This document shows positions 11,201-23,250 of a stretch of DNA of 64,000 nt, one piece after another. This DNA is from Raillietiella orientalis (lineage: Eukaryota), in NCBI GenBank assembly GCA_036172245.1, contig JAYWIR010000034.1:1178001-1242000 (forward strand). The letters run 5' to 3'. The position numbers and the translations under genes were made by a program. The notes under the pieces are model-generated. The model was not told the origin of the DNA and did no database searches. It worked only from the letters and a program-made list of their open reading frames with translations. The stretch's first letter is position 1, and the number at the start of each line of letters is the position of its first letter.

Positions 11201-14200
11201 TGTAGTCCAGAAGCAGATGCGGAAAGACTCAAGCGTCTTGCACCTGGTACAGTTCGGGGACGCTTTCCCTCTCGTACAGTGGTGCCAGAGCTGGCTGAAC
11301 GGTAAACCCCAGTGCAAAACGAGTGTTGTCACGTGTTGCCACAATAGGGGAAGCACCGAACCTTCCGGGAGAACGGTAGAAACCACCAGTGCTTTCAGGA
11401 GGATGTCGAGACTGTCCTCCCGCCAGTGCAGTCCAGCAATTGATCATTGCAGATGAAGAAGGCTTGGTACGCGAAGGGAATGCAAGAGTAGTGGTGTATC
11501 CTCTACTCTTGAGCATCCCTTGTCGAGATGGGAAATTCGTCGGGCTGGGGGATCATAGCTAAGATTCGAGCCCTCAGCTTTCCGCTCGTCAATGTTTATC
11601 TTTTTGACGTTGCGCAGGTCTAAAACTCGGTGGTCGTCTTCTGCAGGCTCGACCGTCTGTCCTAGTTAGGTCTGCACGCGTTCGTTTGGAGGGTGTCTTG
11701 TCCGTCTGCAGGTTTGCTCGCTGGATGAACGTCGGCCGCCGTCGTCGCTGCACACAGACGACTCTTTCGGTAGGGTAGGGATTGAGTGCATAGAGGGTGG
11801 GCTGACTTTTTGCGGAACCCACGAGAGGAATGGGTGCTCACATTTCTAGTTCGGAATTTTGAACTCCTCCCAGGAAGAGTGTGACACCAGTACTCCAAGG
11901 GGTGAAATGCACTTTGCTGGGGTAGAAGGAGAGGAGAAAGAGAAAGTGGTAGATGCTGCCTAGCCAGGCGCCTGCCAAGAGACAGGAAACCTGTCAGCGG
12001 CGACGGCTGCAGCGTGTCACATGCAGAGAAGACGCGCTGGTGGTGCTGCCTAACTCGGTTCGCTGCTTGGTCCACAAGTGGAGAGAGGTAGAAGGAGGGC
12101 TAACGCTGCGGTGCACGGTATAGGAATTCCCTCCAGGGGCGTGGACTTAGGGCGGGAGATCCTAGAATACCCTCGCTCCGCCCCTCCTTCCACCTAGCCT
12201 TTCCTCCCGGCCTCTTCCAATTCACTGATCGGGAAGGACGGATTGAGGAGGGATCGCAGGGAAACAACACCATTCTGTTTCCCTTTTCCCGCATTTCCAC
12301 TCCCTTTCTGCCCGGGAATTTACACCACTTCCACCGCTTCTCTTCCAGGAGAGTGACTTCCGAAAGAGAAGAGGAAGCGAGGGAAGCGGAAGCGTTTCTT
12401 CCTTTACCTTCTCTGCCCGCCTCATTCCCAGCAGGAAAGCATGTGCCACAAGAAGAGATTTCGTATGCATCTCGTAGGATCGTTCTTGCGTGTGGCTCGT
12501 CTTCGGGCTCCAAGAATGGCGCTCTTTCGCAGCGGAAAACCAGGAAAAAAGAAATCAGAAGGGAACTCAACGAGAGGGACGGTTGGTCTTTTCCGTGGAT
12601 CTCTGAGAAGAGGAACTGCACGGGATCCGTCAAGAAATCATGGATGTGGTTTTGTCCCTTGCTTGCCTGTCTCCAAAGATCTTCTCGTTGAGTCCGCCGC
12701 TCCTAGAGGCTGAAGCTCCACGGCGCGTATCGTGCCACGGGCGGTTTTCTTCAGATGAAAACATCTGTGAACTCCTGGAACGCGAGGATTCCTAGCATCT
12801 TCTACAAGTGATCTTCGTGCGGGACAGAAGAGATTGCGCACCACTCGTAAGGAGGTTGACGAGAATCTTATGCATCGGAGCAAGCAGGGTCCGGGATGGT
12901 CCGGATGGCAGCAGTGCAGTCATCGGGAAAGATGGAATCCTTACAGACACAGCAACAGAGACAGAAATGGAGGTGTACCAAGCAACATCAAAAGGCGACA
13001 GTCACAGCAGCAGTGACTGCTACCACAACGGACAATAGCAGAGGCAGAGATGGAAGGAGATTGTGTGTTGCGTATCCAGAAAAGATTCTAGAGAGAGGAG
13101 GTAAGGGAGGAGGTGCAGTTTCTTGGAAGGTGAAAACGGTAGAGACCTTGATATGAGATGGAGGCAAAAAGTTCCTGCCTAACAAGAGAGGTCACGGAAA
13201 AACCCTCTTCCCAAAACTGAGAGAGGAAGACAGACCTATCTATTAATCCAAGAGGGGGTGCCATCTTTTCGACAATTGAGATCCTGCCAAAGGGATGAAG
13301 TTACTGAATCTTGAGAGGTCTGGTGTCACCAAGGATCCTTCCGATACAGTGTTGCCGGACCGATTCTCTCGTACGCTGTGTATCAGGGATGCTGAGGAGT
13401 ATAAATTAGTGGATACCAAGAGTTCTGAGGAATGAAAACTGGAGTTCCATTTTCAGTTCTAAAATTGCTTCCATTGTTCTCGCTTTTCCAGTTCTGAGAC
13501 TTATTTTGGGACTGCATTCCGTCAGAGATTACGCGAGAAAGCGGAGACATTTCTCCTGGTTGTCATGGGTTGCGAGAGAACGATGCAGTTCAGCAGCAGA
13601 AGTTCACTTCAGAAAGATGTTTGAATTGAACGGACCCACGAGCCCCGAACAATCACAGCCAAAATTAGAGTCCAGAACGGAAGAAATTTCCTCGCGTACA
13701 CCCGCGTGGAGTGCAGTCTGCACAGAATGAGGGTAGGGATAAGAGCAGCTGAGGCTGCTGCAACTGTTTTCAGCAGGTTACCTCTTCGAGTGTTGCCTCG
13801 GAGAATACCAACACTGTTCTCTCCTCAATCAAGAATGTCAATGTTGTCTCGTGAATTTCTCGCTATCCGATCTGGAAAACCGCTGCTAAACCATCTTATT
13901 GCCTGACGGATGCCTTCTCTCTTTGAAGTTTTTGTAACTCCACTGGCTACTTTCCCAAAGAACTATCCATAGGGCACCCCATGATTCCAATGCTCATGCA
14001 GTTAGCGCTGGGAAATAAACCGTCAAGGATCTCCCGTACCTATTCTTGAAACTGACAGCGGTCCATGTGATGAGCCATTCGATCAGGAGAACAGATGTCT
14101 TTAAAGTCTCTAGCCTTAATTGGCAATGGAATTTGCAGACGTAGTGGACTGAAAGAGCCAAAAGAGAATCAGAAAATCCCTGGACTCCACCGTTGGTTGT

Positions 14201-15700
14201 TCCGGATGGCCTACAGAAGAACCACACGAAAAGAGAAACCACACTTCTTGAAACCGAGAGTAATTCCTTCTCCGTGCAGGTAGTGTTGAGTGATAGTCTC
14301 ACCACCAAACTAAGATTGAATGATTACTGAAACGAAGGTGCAGACGGGAGTGGAAGCAGAGGTGAGGTTGAATGATCTGTAATCTGAAGCCGCTGAGCAC
14401 GTAAACCCACTGGCTGAGGGCTTAGCAGCGTCTCTGACTCTGTTGCTGTAGCTGTAGCTGTTTCCGTGGTTCTCTCAAGTAGACGGATGGAGAGAAATAT
14501 CAGAAAGAGAAATGCTGTGATCGATCGTCAGACGCTCTCGGGACATACACTGGAAATGCAAGGTAGGCAATTAGCATGGATAGTCATCCTTGCGACCTCA
14601 CGTGGTTCCCTAGAAAGTGAACGACTAGCCGAACTGCCCCTACGCTGTGGAGAGCGTAGTAAAACCAGCCGGATCCAATAGCCCTTTTTATAAGCTGGAG
14701 TGGCACTCTGTCGTGAGACTAAACAACGGAGACATCGGAAGCTGTGAACCTGAGGAGACAGAACAGCTTCATACTGGACGCGAGCCTACCAAAAGTTCAA
14801 GGTGGGTTCCAGGAGACTCAAGAAGGAAAAGATAGAGGATACTGGAATCGAGCACTTTCTCCCCCACTTTTAGAGACATGAGCGAGAGTTCGTGCGATCA
14901 TCGTTGACCACATCGGGGTCCTAGAATCTGCAGTGTCCTGCAAAAGCTGCAATTCTCCAGAACTTGAGCAAACTAGGTCTGTTTATTGAGTGAACAGAGG
15001 GATCACATAAAATGAAAAGGTCAGAATCTTCACATTCTTCTCTATCTTCTTGTTTTGTTCGCATGAGTTTATGGTCAGATTTCCCAGCAGTGTTTTCCTC
15101 CACGCTCTCAGCAGTTGGCGCCAGTCCTGTTTTTTGAACTTCGATTCTTTAGAAGATTCCTTCATCAGAAGGATGTCTCAGTCTCTAAGCTCATGAGTGT
15201 ATGTCGTGGCCATATTAAATGTTATAAGGAATAATGATGCACGGGAGCCCCAGCTGGTCGCACTACCTCTTCTCTTTCGGAGCTCTTCGCTCGGACGGCC
15301 ACCAGCACGTCCTTCGTCGACAGGAGGGCTGGGAGGCCTTTGCCTTTGGTCTGTTTACTTTCTGGAGCATTTCTTCACACGTCAGAGCCGCTCCCAAAGG
15401 GAAAGCCGATGCCCAGAACCGCCACTATTATCCCCTTGAGTGGTTCTGACAACTCCATCCAATATCCAGAGGCACCAGTTCGGAGGATGTCCTACAGGGC
15501 ACACCGGCTAGGAAATCCTCCCAAGGAGCGAGCGCATATCTAATTGGTTCAGGAGAAGACCAAGGATCAACTTTTAGATCCGTGAAATACCAGAAACCGA
15601 GCTGGCAGGAGCAGTCCAACAGCGGAAAAAACAAAAACAGAAACAATGCTGAGGATTCGAAATGCGGAAGTGAATCCTTCTCTGTCGACAAAACTCTCAC
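10700..15700 (-). mobile_element. Decayed L1/Tx1-type non-LTR retrotransposon ORF2 (APE endonuclease, RT, zf-RVT) plus 3' UTR
   Basis: Colinear broken motifs on the minus strand: APE SDH (GKSDHKL ~15085) followed by ..LCDP...LLKFW; TEKELLSV (~14270); RT domain 2-like IPLPIKARDFKDI..DRMAHHMD..GLFPS (~14130-14000); EKASVRQ..LAAVFQIG (~13920, cf. EKAFDRV); LSVLGR..LVRQELFASISY..HLPRNCTSSL..NLFW (~13225-13075); zf-RVT VLHWGLP..SPNCTRCKTLES/HLLLDY..W (~11320-11180); AATAAA at 10708-10703. Many stops and frameshifts. Confidence 0.7.
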
Positions 15701-15778
15701 ATCAATAAAGGAATCCCACCGCACCCGTCGCAGACCAGCTTTTCGCCTACAACGACAAAGCTGCCCGTTTCTGGGCTG

Positions 15779-16357
15779 AGTTCCTTCACGAAGGATGGCA
15801 ACGAGAGGCAGAAAACCCTCCTCCATGTTGACCACTCCCTCGGCAGCTTCTGCGGCGGTTCTTTACTGGAGCGAGGACTCTCGCCCGCCAGAGATGCCGT
15901 GCTGCATCTGCGCGGCAGTTGCGAATCGCCACGCGGTGGAGCAGGGGCAGCACCGGGGGGCGGCATTCGCTCAAGCCCACCGTGACGAAGAGGGCAGCAG
16001 CATGGCCTCAACAGCGGTCCGGAATCAAGGCAGGCGTCTCTCGGATTGTGGGAAGGCTACAAGAAGGACGCGGGGCAGGCACCCGCTGACCCTTCCTCCC
16101 CTGTTTTCCGGAGACGGTGTAGATTTATTTATTTGATTTACTTTTATTCCCATCTACTGCTCCCTTAAGCCCTCTTTACCGTGCACCTTTTTTCCCCAGC
16201 TACCGACCTGCGAGTCGGCGATTTCCGGCTCTTGTCTCCAAGGCCCGTGAACGTCCGTTTATTTATTTTGAATAAACGCTGCAGAGCGACTGGTTTCAAA
16301 GCAACGACAGAACTGAACAGGTCAAGGAGGCAGTGGAAATCGTGGAAAATTCCCTCC
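15779..16357. repeat. 579-bp inverted repeat, copy 2
   Basis: Reverse complement of 10622-11200. Contains a T-rich tract and AATAAA (16271-16276). Confidence 0.97.
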
Positions 16358-17989
16358 TCTCTGCATCCCCTCTCATGATTCCTAAAAAGGAACGAATCTA
16401 TAGTGGGATCCCAGAACCGGGGAGCAACGCTCGGATTTTGGGAGCCTTGGAAGTCCTTGTCCATTGCACTGAGCAGTGTCCGGAATTGGCAGTCTTGTTT
16501 GGGTGGGACTGTTCCACCCAAAACGGGACAGACATTTTCGTGGGACTGATGTCTGTGTTCCTGAAGCAAGCTACAATCTGCATGGGCATCTAATTTGGAC
16601 AGCTCGGTCTTCTTCGTCCTACCCTCTGTACCGGGCAGCTCCTCTTCCTTTAGTGGTGGGAGAGAAAAAACTGGTCGTGAGCGAAGACGGGATGGGTGAG
16701 TGCGGCACTGTCGGTGTCCGCACGATCCAACACCGATGAAAATGCACCACAGTGCCACTGGGTGGGAAAGGGTTCCAAACAAAAGCATCTCCCGACTCAG
16801 GGTACCAGGCTTGCTTTCTTTGAGGAATCTCGGCGATTAGCTGCTTGCTCTTCCCTGCAAATTCCGTAGGCAAAAGAAACGAGGAAACATGTGTGCTTGT
16901 ATCCCCTCCCCTTTCCAGAATATTTCGCGTAGGGTTCTTTGCACCCTTGCAGCAAACTGTCATAGTGTTTCTCCCTTTCTTGGGATTCGGCCTCCTCTGA
17001 ACGTCCATAGCGCCACAGTCTGGAAAAGGCGTTTTTCCGATCCGCAAGGCATTCTGCAGAATTCCCGGCGTTGCAAACTCCAAAAAACTGTCGATCCCTG
17101 GTCAGCCTTTTGCGGATAGCTGCGACCGATGCAGTCGTCTGAAGATTCCGGATTTTCGGAAATCCCCTCCGTCACAATAACCCGCGAATCGGCGAGAATT
17201 TTCAAAAAAGGGAAGCATCCTCAGTTCACCAGTGCTGCAGCGATTTCGCTTTATCCCTGTTCCGAATGCGAGTTCTTGACCGCAGGATTTACGGGAGCGC
17301 TTCCTGGCGCAGCCTTCCTTTGTTAATACGCAGCCAAACTGGCGCACAGGTTCCGAAAACATGTGTTGACTCCCCCCTTACTTCATGTTCTCTTCATGAT
17401 ATCAGAGCCCCGTAAGAAAGGCGCCAAGAACGAATTCTGCGACAGCCCCTGTGGGCCTACGGAGTCTGCTGCCGGGGGAAGTACGTGTGCTCACGGAGCA
17501 TTGTTGGCGTTGCCATTGTGACGTTCCGCGTCCGTTTTGCCCACTCGGCTTTTCAAATTTTGCGCTCCTCTGAAAGTCCCTTCCGTTTTTGCTCAACTTG
17601 ATGTGAACCTCTCTCGGAGACTGTGCTCCCGTCGTCATCAGTCATCGAAACTTTTATATCAGCACCTCTCTGGAATCCAGAAATTAGAAGGTAAGCTTCC
17701 TACGTTCTCTTCGGTTCAGAATGTGAGCAAAGAAAGAGAATCATCTCGAGTTTACGTCTTTCGGTAGCAAATTATAGTCTGGATTTTTGATTCTCTCGGA
17801 AATGGCTCTCTGCAAATGAACGCGGGAAAAGGAAGAAATCCCCTGTTTTCCTCGATTTTCTCCATAACGAAAGATCAAAGGGGGATTTCCATATTGTGCT
17901 ACTGTATCCCCCCCCCCAAAAAAAAAGCCTAAATAATGAAAAGTAGGTGCACTGAAACTCCCGAAACGAATCTCGAGATCCTCCGTGGA

Positions 17990-18345
17990 TCTTGTCTCCC
18001 GAGATATTCAATCCAGATTCGATCTCTGCCTTGCTCATGGATCGACTGACTGGGTGCGGTGGGGCACCGAATTAGTGCACACATCCACTGATGCTTCGGA
18101 TCAAATGGTGCGCGGGGCGTGTGGGGCACTCTCTCGAGCGATTGCACATAGGAAACTTCCTCGTGCATCCTACTGGTTCCAAAGGACACATGGGGATTGT
18201 AATCTTCGGCCGGAGTAATGCAACACACACACAAAATGAACTGTGCCTTCGTGCCAGATATTCGAATATCGATGAGGGCACGAATATTGTGTCACTCAGT
18301 CTCTAGAAGACTCCCCATTCTCCACGGTGATGATGATGATGATGA
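17990..18345 (+). mobile_element. RTE-like LINE 3' remnant with (GAT)n tail
   Basis: MLRIKW..V...LERL...KGHMG resembles the RTE C-terminal 'LRIxW..V.N..VL.R...GH' motif. Ends in (TGA)6 at 18328-18345. Confidence 0.38.
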
Positions 18346-19269
18346 CATGCGTCCTGTCACGTACACATGCTCGAGGTTGGCAGCGAAATCTTCGTGCTTG
18401 TTGCATCACGTAGTTATGGAATTCCACACTTGATCCAGATTACCGCAATATTCAATTTTTGATTAGATGGGTCCTCGTCCTCACGAAATGAATGCTAATT
18501 CGAAAGATTACTGGAAAATTCTTTCAAGAATTCGAGAACCTAATGAATTTAGACTTCTCGGTGCATCTAACTGGGAATTAATTTCATTCCATCTCCTGAG
18601 TCCTCGACTTGAATCCCGTGTGGTGCGAGAATCTGTTGCGGAAGATGCAGATTCGATGCTGTTGCCGGAACTAGGAGTGTGATTCAAAATCCTGCTCGCT
18701 GTTCTGTCTTCGTAGGGATCTGGAGAGGCGAATATGCTTTTCTGTGTCTCCAAGAAAACCGTCCTAAGATTCCTTTGACAAACAATGTTCCCTATCGAGT
18801 CAGTCCGTACGGTACGTTATTATCGAAAACGGTTCGCCATCTGCAAAACATGCTCGAGTTCCATTCCTTACCCTGACTTCTGCCTCCCTATTTCGTTTTT
18901 CGTCTGACGTGTTGTGGTCGCAACGAGATTTCGAGTGTTTGACCTTTGTTGATGCCCACCGAGCAACGTGACAAATAAAACACTCTTAATGAGCACACTC
19001 AAAGTGCCATTTCTATCTTTTGATTAAGAAACCGGATTCCCTCCGGATCTCATCGCCCATATACATCGTGTATCCCTAAAACTTAGGGATTTTCGACTGT
19101 AAATCACTCCCTAGGAAGGGATCGCGTTATTTCGATCCTAATCCATAAATGGATCTTGAAGGGATGGTTGTTGTACGACGGAAGCCTTCCGAAAATTCTC
19201 TAGTGTACAAAATGTGCGTCTGTATACGACCTGCTCCAGCGACAGCTTGCTGAGTCTTTCCGAATGGAT

Positions 19270-19650
19270 TATCTAGGTGCATGCCTTGAGCTTGAAATTA
19301 TCCTTTTGTGTCTCAGAACTGAACAGAACTCGCGCGTGTGCAAAGAGGTCGGATTTCCCAGAGGTCATGAGCTCCATTACTTTCGGACCGAAGGGCGAAA
19401 TAAGAAACGGCACCTCTTCTGTGTTTTCAATGCTATTTCTGGACACTTCATTGGAAACTGCCGCTGAACTTGCAAACTGAATTCTTCGAAATTCCTCTGC
19501 GATTTGCTGTCCGTTAACAAAAGTCCACTTCTTATTGTCTGGTAGCGTTCTGGGGGACCGTCCGCTGGAGTCTTCCTCGCACACAACGTGTGTAGCATTT
19601 AAATCTGCCCCACTCCCAAGAACGAGCTAAAAACGCCACTCCGTATCTAG
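19270..19650 (-). mobile_element. Tc1/mariner-superfamily transposase N-terminal remnant
   Basis: W..FK..R.V / EEDSSGRSPRT...QIAEEFRRI......VSRNSIEN resembles the paired-HTH 'D..RSGRP.T...I..DRR......IS..SV..I' pattern. Confidence 0.38.
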
Positions 19651-22600
19651 GATCCGCGTCTGAAGAGCAGCCTCTGGTTTTCCAGGTACAAAAAGGAAGA
19701 AAAAAAAGGAAAACCCTCACAACAACAAACGAACCGTGTGCAAACTGTTGTTCTCTGAAGTGCGTTTCGGTTGTTTTTTCAAGCCACGATCCGGGTGCCT
19801 GCCTGACGTCGCCAATGGTCCAAGATAATAAAATGTAAAACCTTGCGCACATTTGAAAAACGATTTTCGATCTGATTTCAGACGCTGTGTCAGTCTCGGA
19901 TGACGGGAACAAAACTCACTGCGTATCCGATAATCACGGCGTATCTGAGTGGCAGCACTCTTTGGAATGTTCTAGAGGTTCCGCTCGACGATAAAACGGT
20001 TTTTCGAAATCTCCCGAGAAAATTCCCGCAAAGAGCTACTACGGCTACTGAAGGGTCTTCGGCGAGAATCTGTATCTTTCTCCTCGCTCCGGGTGGAGGA
20101 GAACAACGGTGCAAAGTTGATCGTGATGTTCATGCTATAATGTTCTTGGGAGAAGTAAAGCACCGATACTGCCGCGAGAGTTAATCCTTACAAAAGGACC
20201 ACATGCTCCTCGTTTGCAAAAAGAAAGAAGGAAAGAAAGGAGTCATAATACAAGTGAATGACGACTCACTTGAAAGTCGAAGCCGTCGTAAATGGCTTCA
20301 TTGATCTTCAACTGTGGAACAATTTAGAATTCAGCTCTTTAGTGCCAGAAAGTGTTTGTTGACTTCATAAACACCTGTAGGTTACCATGCAGTCCCTCTC
20401 CTGCCACCCGAGCGCTTCTTATTTATGACCTTGAGAAGCAACGTTCCAGAATGTTCTAGAATTCTTGCTGAATACCAGGACTACGGTCTCCGTGCCTCCA
20501 ATCAAGTGTATCGTCACAAGCCTGATTCCTCGAAGGAAGACAGACGCAGGGGAGGAAACAAACAAAGAGCTGACTGTGAACTGAAGGCAGATACACACAG
20601 AGAGTCTCAGAAGTGCAACCAGGGGGCATCCGAATTCCTGGAGCTCACGATCTCCTTGTGGGGAAACATCCCGGAAGCACGCGAGTACTTCTTTTGGAAG
20701 TGTTGGTCAAAGTCTGTCGTTTAAGCATTTATCCTCGAGGTATCGCGTTCCAAAAGGTTTCCGAAAAGCTTTCCGAAGATCTCTTTCGAGAAAACAGCAG
20801 GTCTCGATACGTGGTCCGCTGGTCAAAGGCACAAACTGGGAATCTACTTCACGGAGCGAAGCTCGCTCGTCATCTAGTTTCGAGAAGGAAACAGGCTCAA
20901 TTGGAGAAGCTGTGGACCGCGGGGACTTGCACAGCGATGGCTGTGAGGTTTTCGGAGGGAGAGCGCGGTCATCCCCAGGCCCGGAGAAAGGACCGCGGAG
21001 TGAGATGCGACCGGAGAGAAATTTTTCCCCGCGAGATTTATCAACGATGCGTCGCATCCTTTAATTGATTGGGTCATTTTGGTGATGAAGAAATCGGACA
21101 TCTCAGTAATTCAATCCCGCCTCCTGGAAAAGTACTGCAATGGTTAAACTAATTGCATAAGGAGGGCGAGAGAGAGATGGACCATCCCGAACGTGTTATA
21201 ATTAAGAATAAAAAATGTTATTCGGAGTTCAAATGGCATCCCGCGGAGGCACTCCAAGGATTTATCACCTCTCAGCCTTGGATAATCTTTGACAAATGCG
21301 CATCCTCTCCTCGGCGTTAACACAAAGATCTCCCCATCGTCCCCTCAACTTTCATTGTAAATATTAATTGTGGTAATGTCTCTAATTGAGAGGGAAGACA
21401 TCGGAGTTCCTTAATTTGCAATAAATTAATTAGGGCGACAAGGAAGTGTAAGCTGTCTGTATTCATTTGTACGAATGCAGCTCAAGATGGTGCCGGAGAG
21501 AAAATAGCGAGCGCGGGTCGATGGTTGGTGCTGACGATCCCCTTCTCTTTTGAAGGAAAACTTCATGCGATTATTCGGTAAGCGAATTCCCTTCCCATCC
21601 GAAGAATATGAAGCATTTGACAAATCTCATAAGGACATGTAACGAAGGCGAGGCGAGAAGCGGCGCGTCGGGCGAGCGAGAGAGAACGAAGCACGGGGAG
21701 AAGGGTTGGAAGGTGGGAGGTACGCTAAGACTCCTTCTAAGGCGCACACGCCAGGGAGAGGGAGGAAGGAGGTCCATCCTCGGGGACTCTCGTAGCGCAT
21801 CTTCTGCGACGTTCTGGCTCGGTTTCTCCGAGGGACAGAGGTTGGGATGGACGATCAGGGCAGCGCGTATCTTCTGGATCAATCTAAGACGCTTTCCCCA
21901 TTTTCGGACGCAATAGAGGAAAGGGTGGGTGTGGAGGAACTTGAGTTTGCAGGTTGTCCGGAAGATCCTTAGATCGCAGAGTCACGAGTATTCGGGAAAC
22001 CTCGGAAATGCCAGTGCCGATTTCCCAATCCACGGGAAAATACGAATGCAGCATTTCCGATTCTGTATGAGATCCCATGTTTTGCGTCTTCTGCTTTCCC
22101 TTGAATTTCCTGAATTTATTCTCTTTTTTTTTTTTCCAAAAAAAAAAAAAAGGAAGAAGACAACACACGAGTACGCACACGCACACACAGACACAGATTC
22201 ACATTCACTCACACGGGAATGGAGTATTTTGAATATTTTACTGATCTGGGAGCATTGTATGGAAATGGGGATGCATTTGGAATTCATGTCTTGCAGAACT
22301 AATTTTGGCGAACTGCTTTTTAAAGAACGCTCGAAATCACGGAAGAAAGGAAGCTCACCAGAGCCGCTCTCCGAAGGCAATGCGTTCCTTTCAGCATCAA
22401 ATTTTCAAGGGAAAGGGGGAGAAGAAAGGAATTCCGGTATCAGTGGGGACTGGGCGTGACTCAATTAAAGAGCCAGAGATACGATACGAGAGGGCATTCG
22501 CGAGCGCACAAAAAAATAAAGAGAAGAAATAAAAAACGTGTGCATACGTTTTTCTCCGTTTCTCTTTCTCTGCACGAGCGGTTGATTGCTATGCGACAGC

Positions 22601-22699
22601 GCCTAGCCCAGCAGGGACAAAAGACGTTTGCGGAAACCTGGGACGGGACGGGACGTGTTCCATGCAGGACATACGCCGGTCCCCGTCGCGGTGACTGCT

Positions 22700-23250
22700 T
22701 CCTACCGGAAGTGCCTGACGACGAGGCACAGGTGTGGACGGAGCGAGTAGAGCCCACAGACAGTTCCATCAAGGAACACTGCCTTCCAAAAGCTGACGAA
22801 AGGAGCAAAGATGGGGAGGCACAGCATCGAATGATAGTTCTGAGAGAAGCGCGTAAGGAGGAGAGTCAAGCGAGGTTCCAGGGGGGAGCTCCTTGAGAGT
22901 GACAATTTTGTCTCCGGCCGGACCTCATCAGAGTGAAGCGTTGATGACCAGCCTTGTCCGCTCTTCTAAGTGTGCAAAGACGTTGGCGTTTCCTTGCTTC
23001 CTGCTCCTCTTACCATGTTGTTTTAAAGACACACCTTAGTGAGGGATCTCAATGCTATGCACTTCTGATGTATAATGCCCTCAGCATCCACCTTGGTGCT
23101 AGTCGTGCTCATATGTGCCCCCGGCTCACGTGGCTGTTGCGTCCATCCTGACGAGTTGGTGAAGGAACATCAAAATTCTGCTGCTTTCAAGTCCTTATCT
23201 CACTTTCTGCAAGAAGAGAGTTGGGTCTCTTAGTGCCGGAGCATTAGCAC
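22700..23250 (+). mobile_element. pogo/Tigger-like (DDE_1) transposase remnant
   Basis: Colinear decayed motifs: PDDEAQVWTE (cf. NMDETPVWFD), GEAQHRMIVL (cf. G.EK.R.TVVL), LLMYNALSIH (cf. LL.D...H), CPRLTWLLRP (cf. P...T..LQP.D). Confidence 0.42.

Noticed and set aside
10622..16357. Autonomous TIR transposon, Polinton, DIRS or Penelope element
   Set aside because: The spacer shows APE/RT/zf-RVT remnants of L1/Tx1 type, with no DDE transposase, tyrosine recombinase, GIY-YIG or pPolB motif, and no TSD was found.
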